A stretch of 54,982 bases of DNA from positions 1 through 54,982 of the forward strand of contig JAZRUJ010000067.1 of the NCBI GenBank assembly GCA_045652445.1, read 5' to 3'. This document shows positions 54,328 through 54,982 of the stretch, one piece after another. Below the pieces are notes generated by a model, which worked only from the letters and a program-made list of their open reading frames with translations, did not search any database and was not told the DNA's origin. A program made the translations under genes and the position numbers. How positions within the stretch are numbered: position 1 is the stretch's first letter; the number at the start of each line of letters is the position of its first letter. Source of the stretch: Eubacteriales bacterium (GTDB taxonomy: Bacteria > Bacillota > Clostridia > Oscillospirales > UBA644).

Positions 54328-54982
54328 TTATTCCTCCTTTAAGAGAATTTCCCGGTCGTATGCACCGGCAATTTTAATGGACGAACAAGCCTCTTTCAAC
54401 TGGGAAAGCATGGCTTTCCCCTGTTCGCCGTACAGAGAACCTTCCCCCTCCACGTAGAAATAATATTCCCAGTTGGCGTGTTTGGTGGGGCGGCTTTTCA
54501 GACACCGCAGATTGAACCCGTTTTCCCCGATAATGGAGACGGCTTTCCCCAAAGAGCCGGCTTCGTGCTTCACGGTAAAGAACATAACAAACTGTTTTTC
54601 CTTTCCGGTGGGGCGGTTTTCCCCTCGGGAAAAAACGGCGAAACGCGTGGTGTTATTGCTGCTTTCGTTGATATGCCGTTCCATCACCTGAAGCCCGTAA
54701 AGGCGAGCGGTTTCCATGCTTGCCACGGCGGCAAGATCGTGACGTCCCGCTTCCGCAACCCGGCTGGCGGCGATGGCAGTATTGGTGGCAGAGGTGGTCT
54801 TGAACCCTTTTTCCCGCAAATAGTTGGCACATTGAGACAATGCCTGGGGATGGGAAATTACTTCTTTAATCTCCTCCATTGACGTTCCGGGAACGGCGAG
54901 AAGATTCTGCACGATTTCCAGGTGGTAAATTCCGTTGATATAAAGACTTCCCTCAAAAGCACGGTCCACAACCTGGGTCACG
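54328..54982 (-). CDS. pheA: prephenate dehydratase, C-terminal part with ACT domain (gene runs off right edge)
   Basis: ISHPQALSQCANYL, TTRFAVF, and ACT region FFTVKHEAGSLGKAVSIIGENGFNLRCLKSRP. Confidence 0.88.
   Translation of the reverse strand, partial: VTQVVDRAFEGSLYINGIYHLEIVQNLLAVPGTSMEEIKEVISHPQALSQCANYLREKGFKTTSATNTAIAASRVAEAGRHDLAAVASMETARLYGLQVMERHINESSNNTTRFAVFSRGENRPTGKEKQFVMFFTVKHEAGSLGKAVSIIGENGFNLRCLKSRPTKHANWEYYFYVEGEGSLYGEQGKAMLSQLKEACSSIKIAGAYDREILLKEE

Noticed and set aside
1-54982. Transposases, integrases, prophage or toxin-antitoxin genes that could explain the tRNA-linked repeats
   Set aside because: None of the credible ORFs has recombinase, transposase or phage signatures, and no inverted terminal repeats bracket a gene. 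The window looks like core chromosome apart from the small repeat array and the GDPD remnant.

Overview
This 55-kb window appears to come from a Clostridia-class Firmicute (about 50% GC, sporulation gene spoIVB, cohesin/dockerin proteins). All calls rest on reading the sequence and recalling protein families; no searches or folding programs were run. Positions 1-12516 (minus strand) hold the conserved S10-spc-alpha ribosomal cluster, from rpsJ through rpsM and including secY, adk, map and infA. A perfect sigma-70 promoter and a roughly 325-nt structured leader precede it. Next come a DUF1292 gene, a GC-rich terminator-capped candidate ncRNA, ptsH-uvrC, spoIVB, a YeiH-type membrane protein, a membrane-tethered XRE regulator, tRNA-Val(CAC), a very large MacB-type ABC transporter, thrC-thrB, rpmE and a DUF4349 lipoprotein. 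tRNA-Gly(UCC) is followed by an unusual array in which the tRNA 3' end is repeated four times and a 70-nt terminator module three times, around unrelated GC-rich inserts. No integrase is present in the window. Downstream lie a membrane-protein/M20 peptidase operon, M29 and M18 aminopeptidases, PHP, rlmD, asnA-glnN(type III) and a lipid kinase. A three-gene non-cellulosomal cohesin-dockerin module follows, in which a membrane-anchored cohesin, a cohesin-dockerin adaptor and a dockerin-tagged Cys-His hydrolase with SH3b appear to assemble hierarchically. The window ends with an eight-gene aromatic amino-acid operon (pheA to DAHP synthase). The most interesting items are the tRNA-Gly repeat array, the cohesin-dockerin module, the unassigned ncRNA candidate and the attenuator-like S10 leader.
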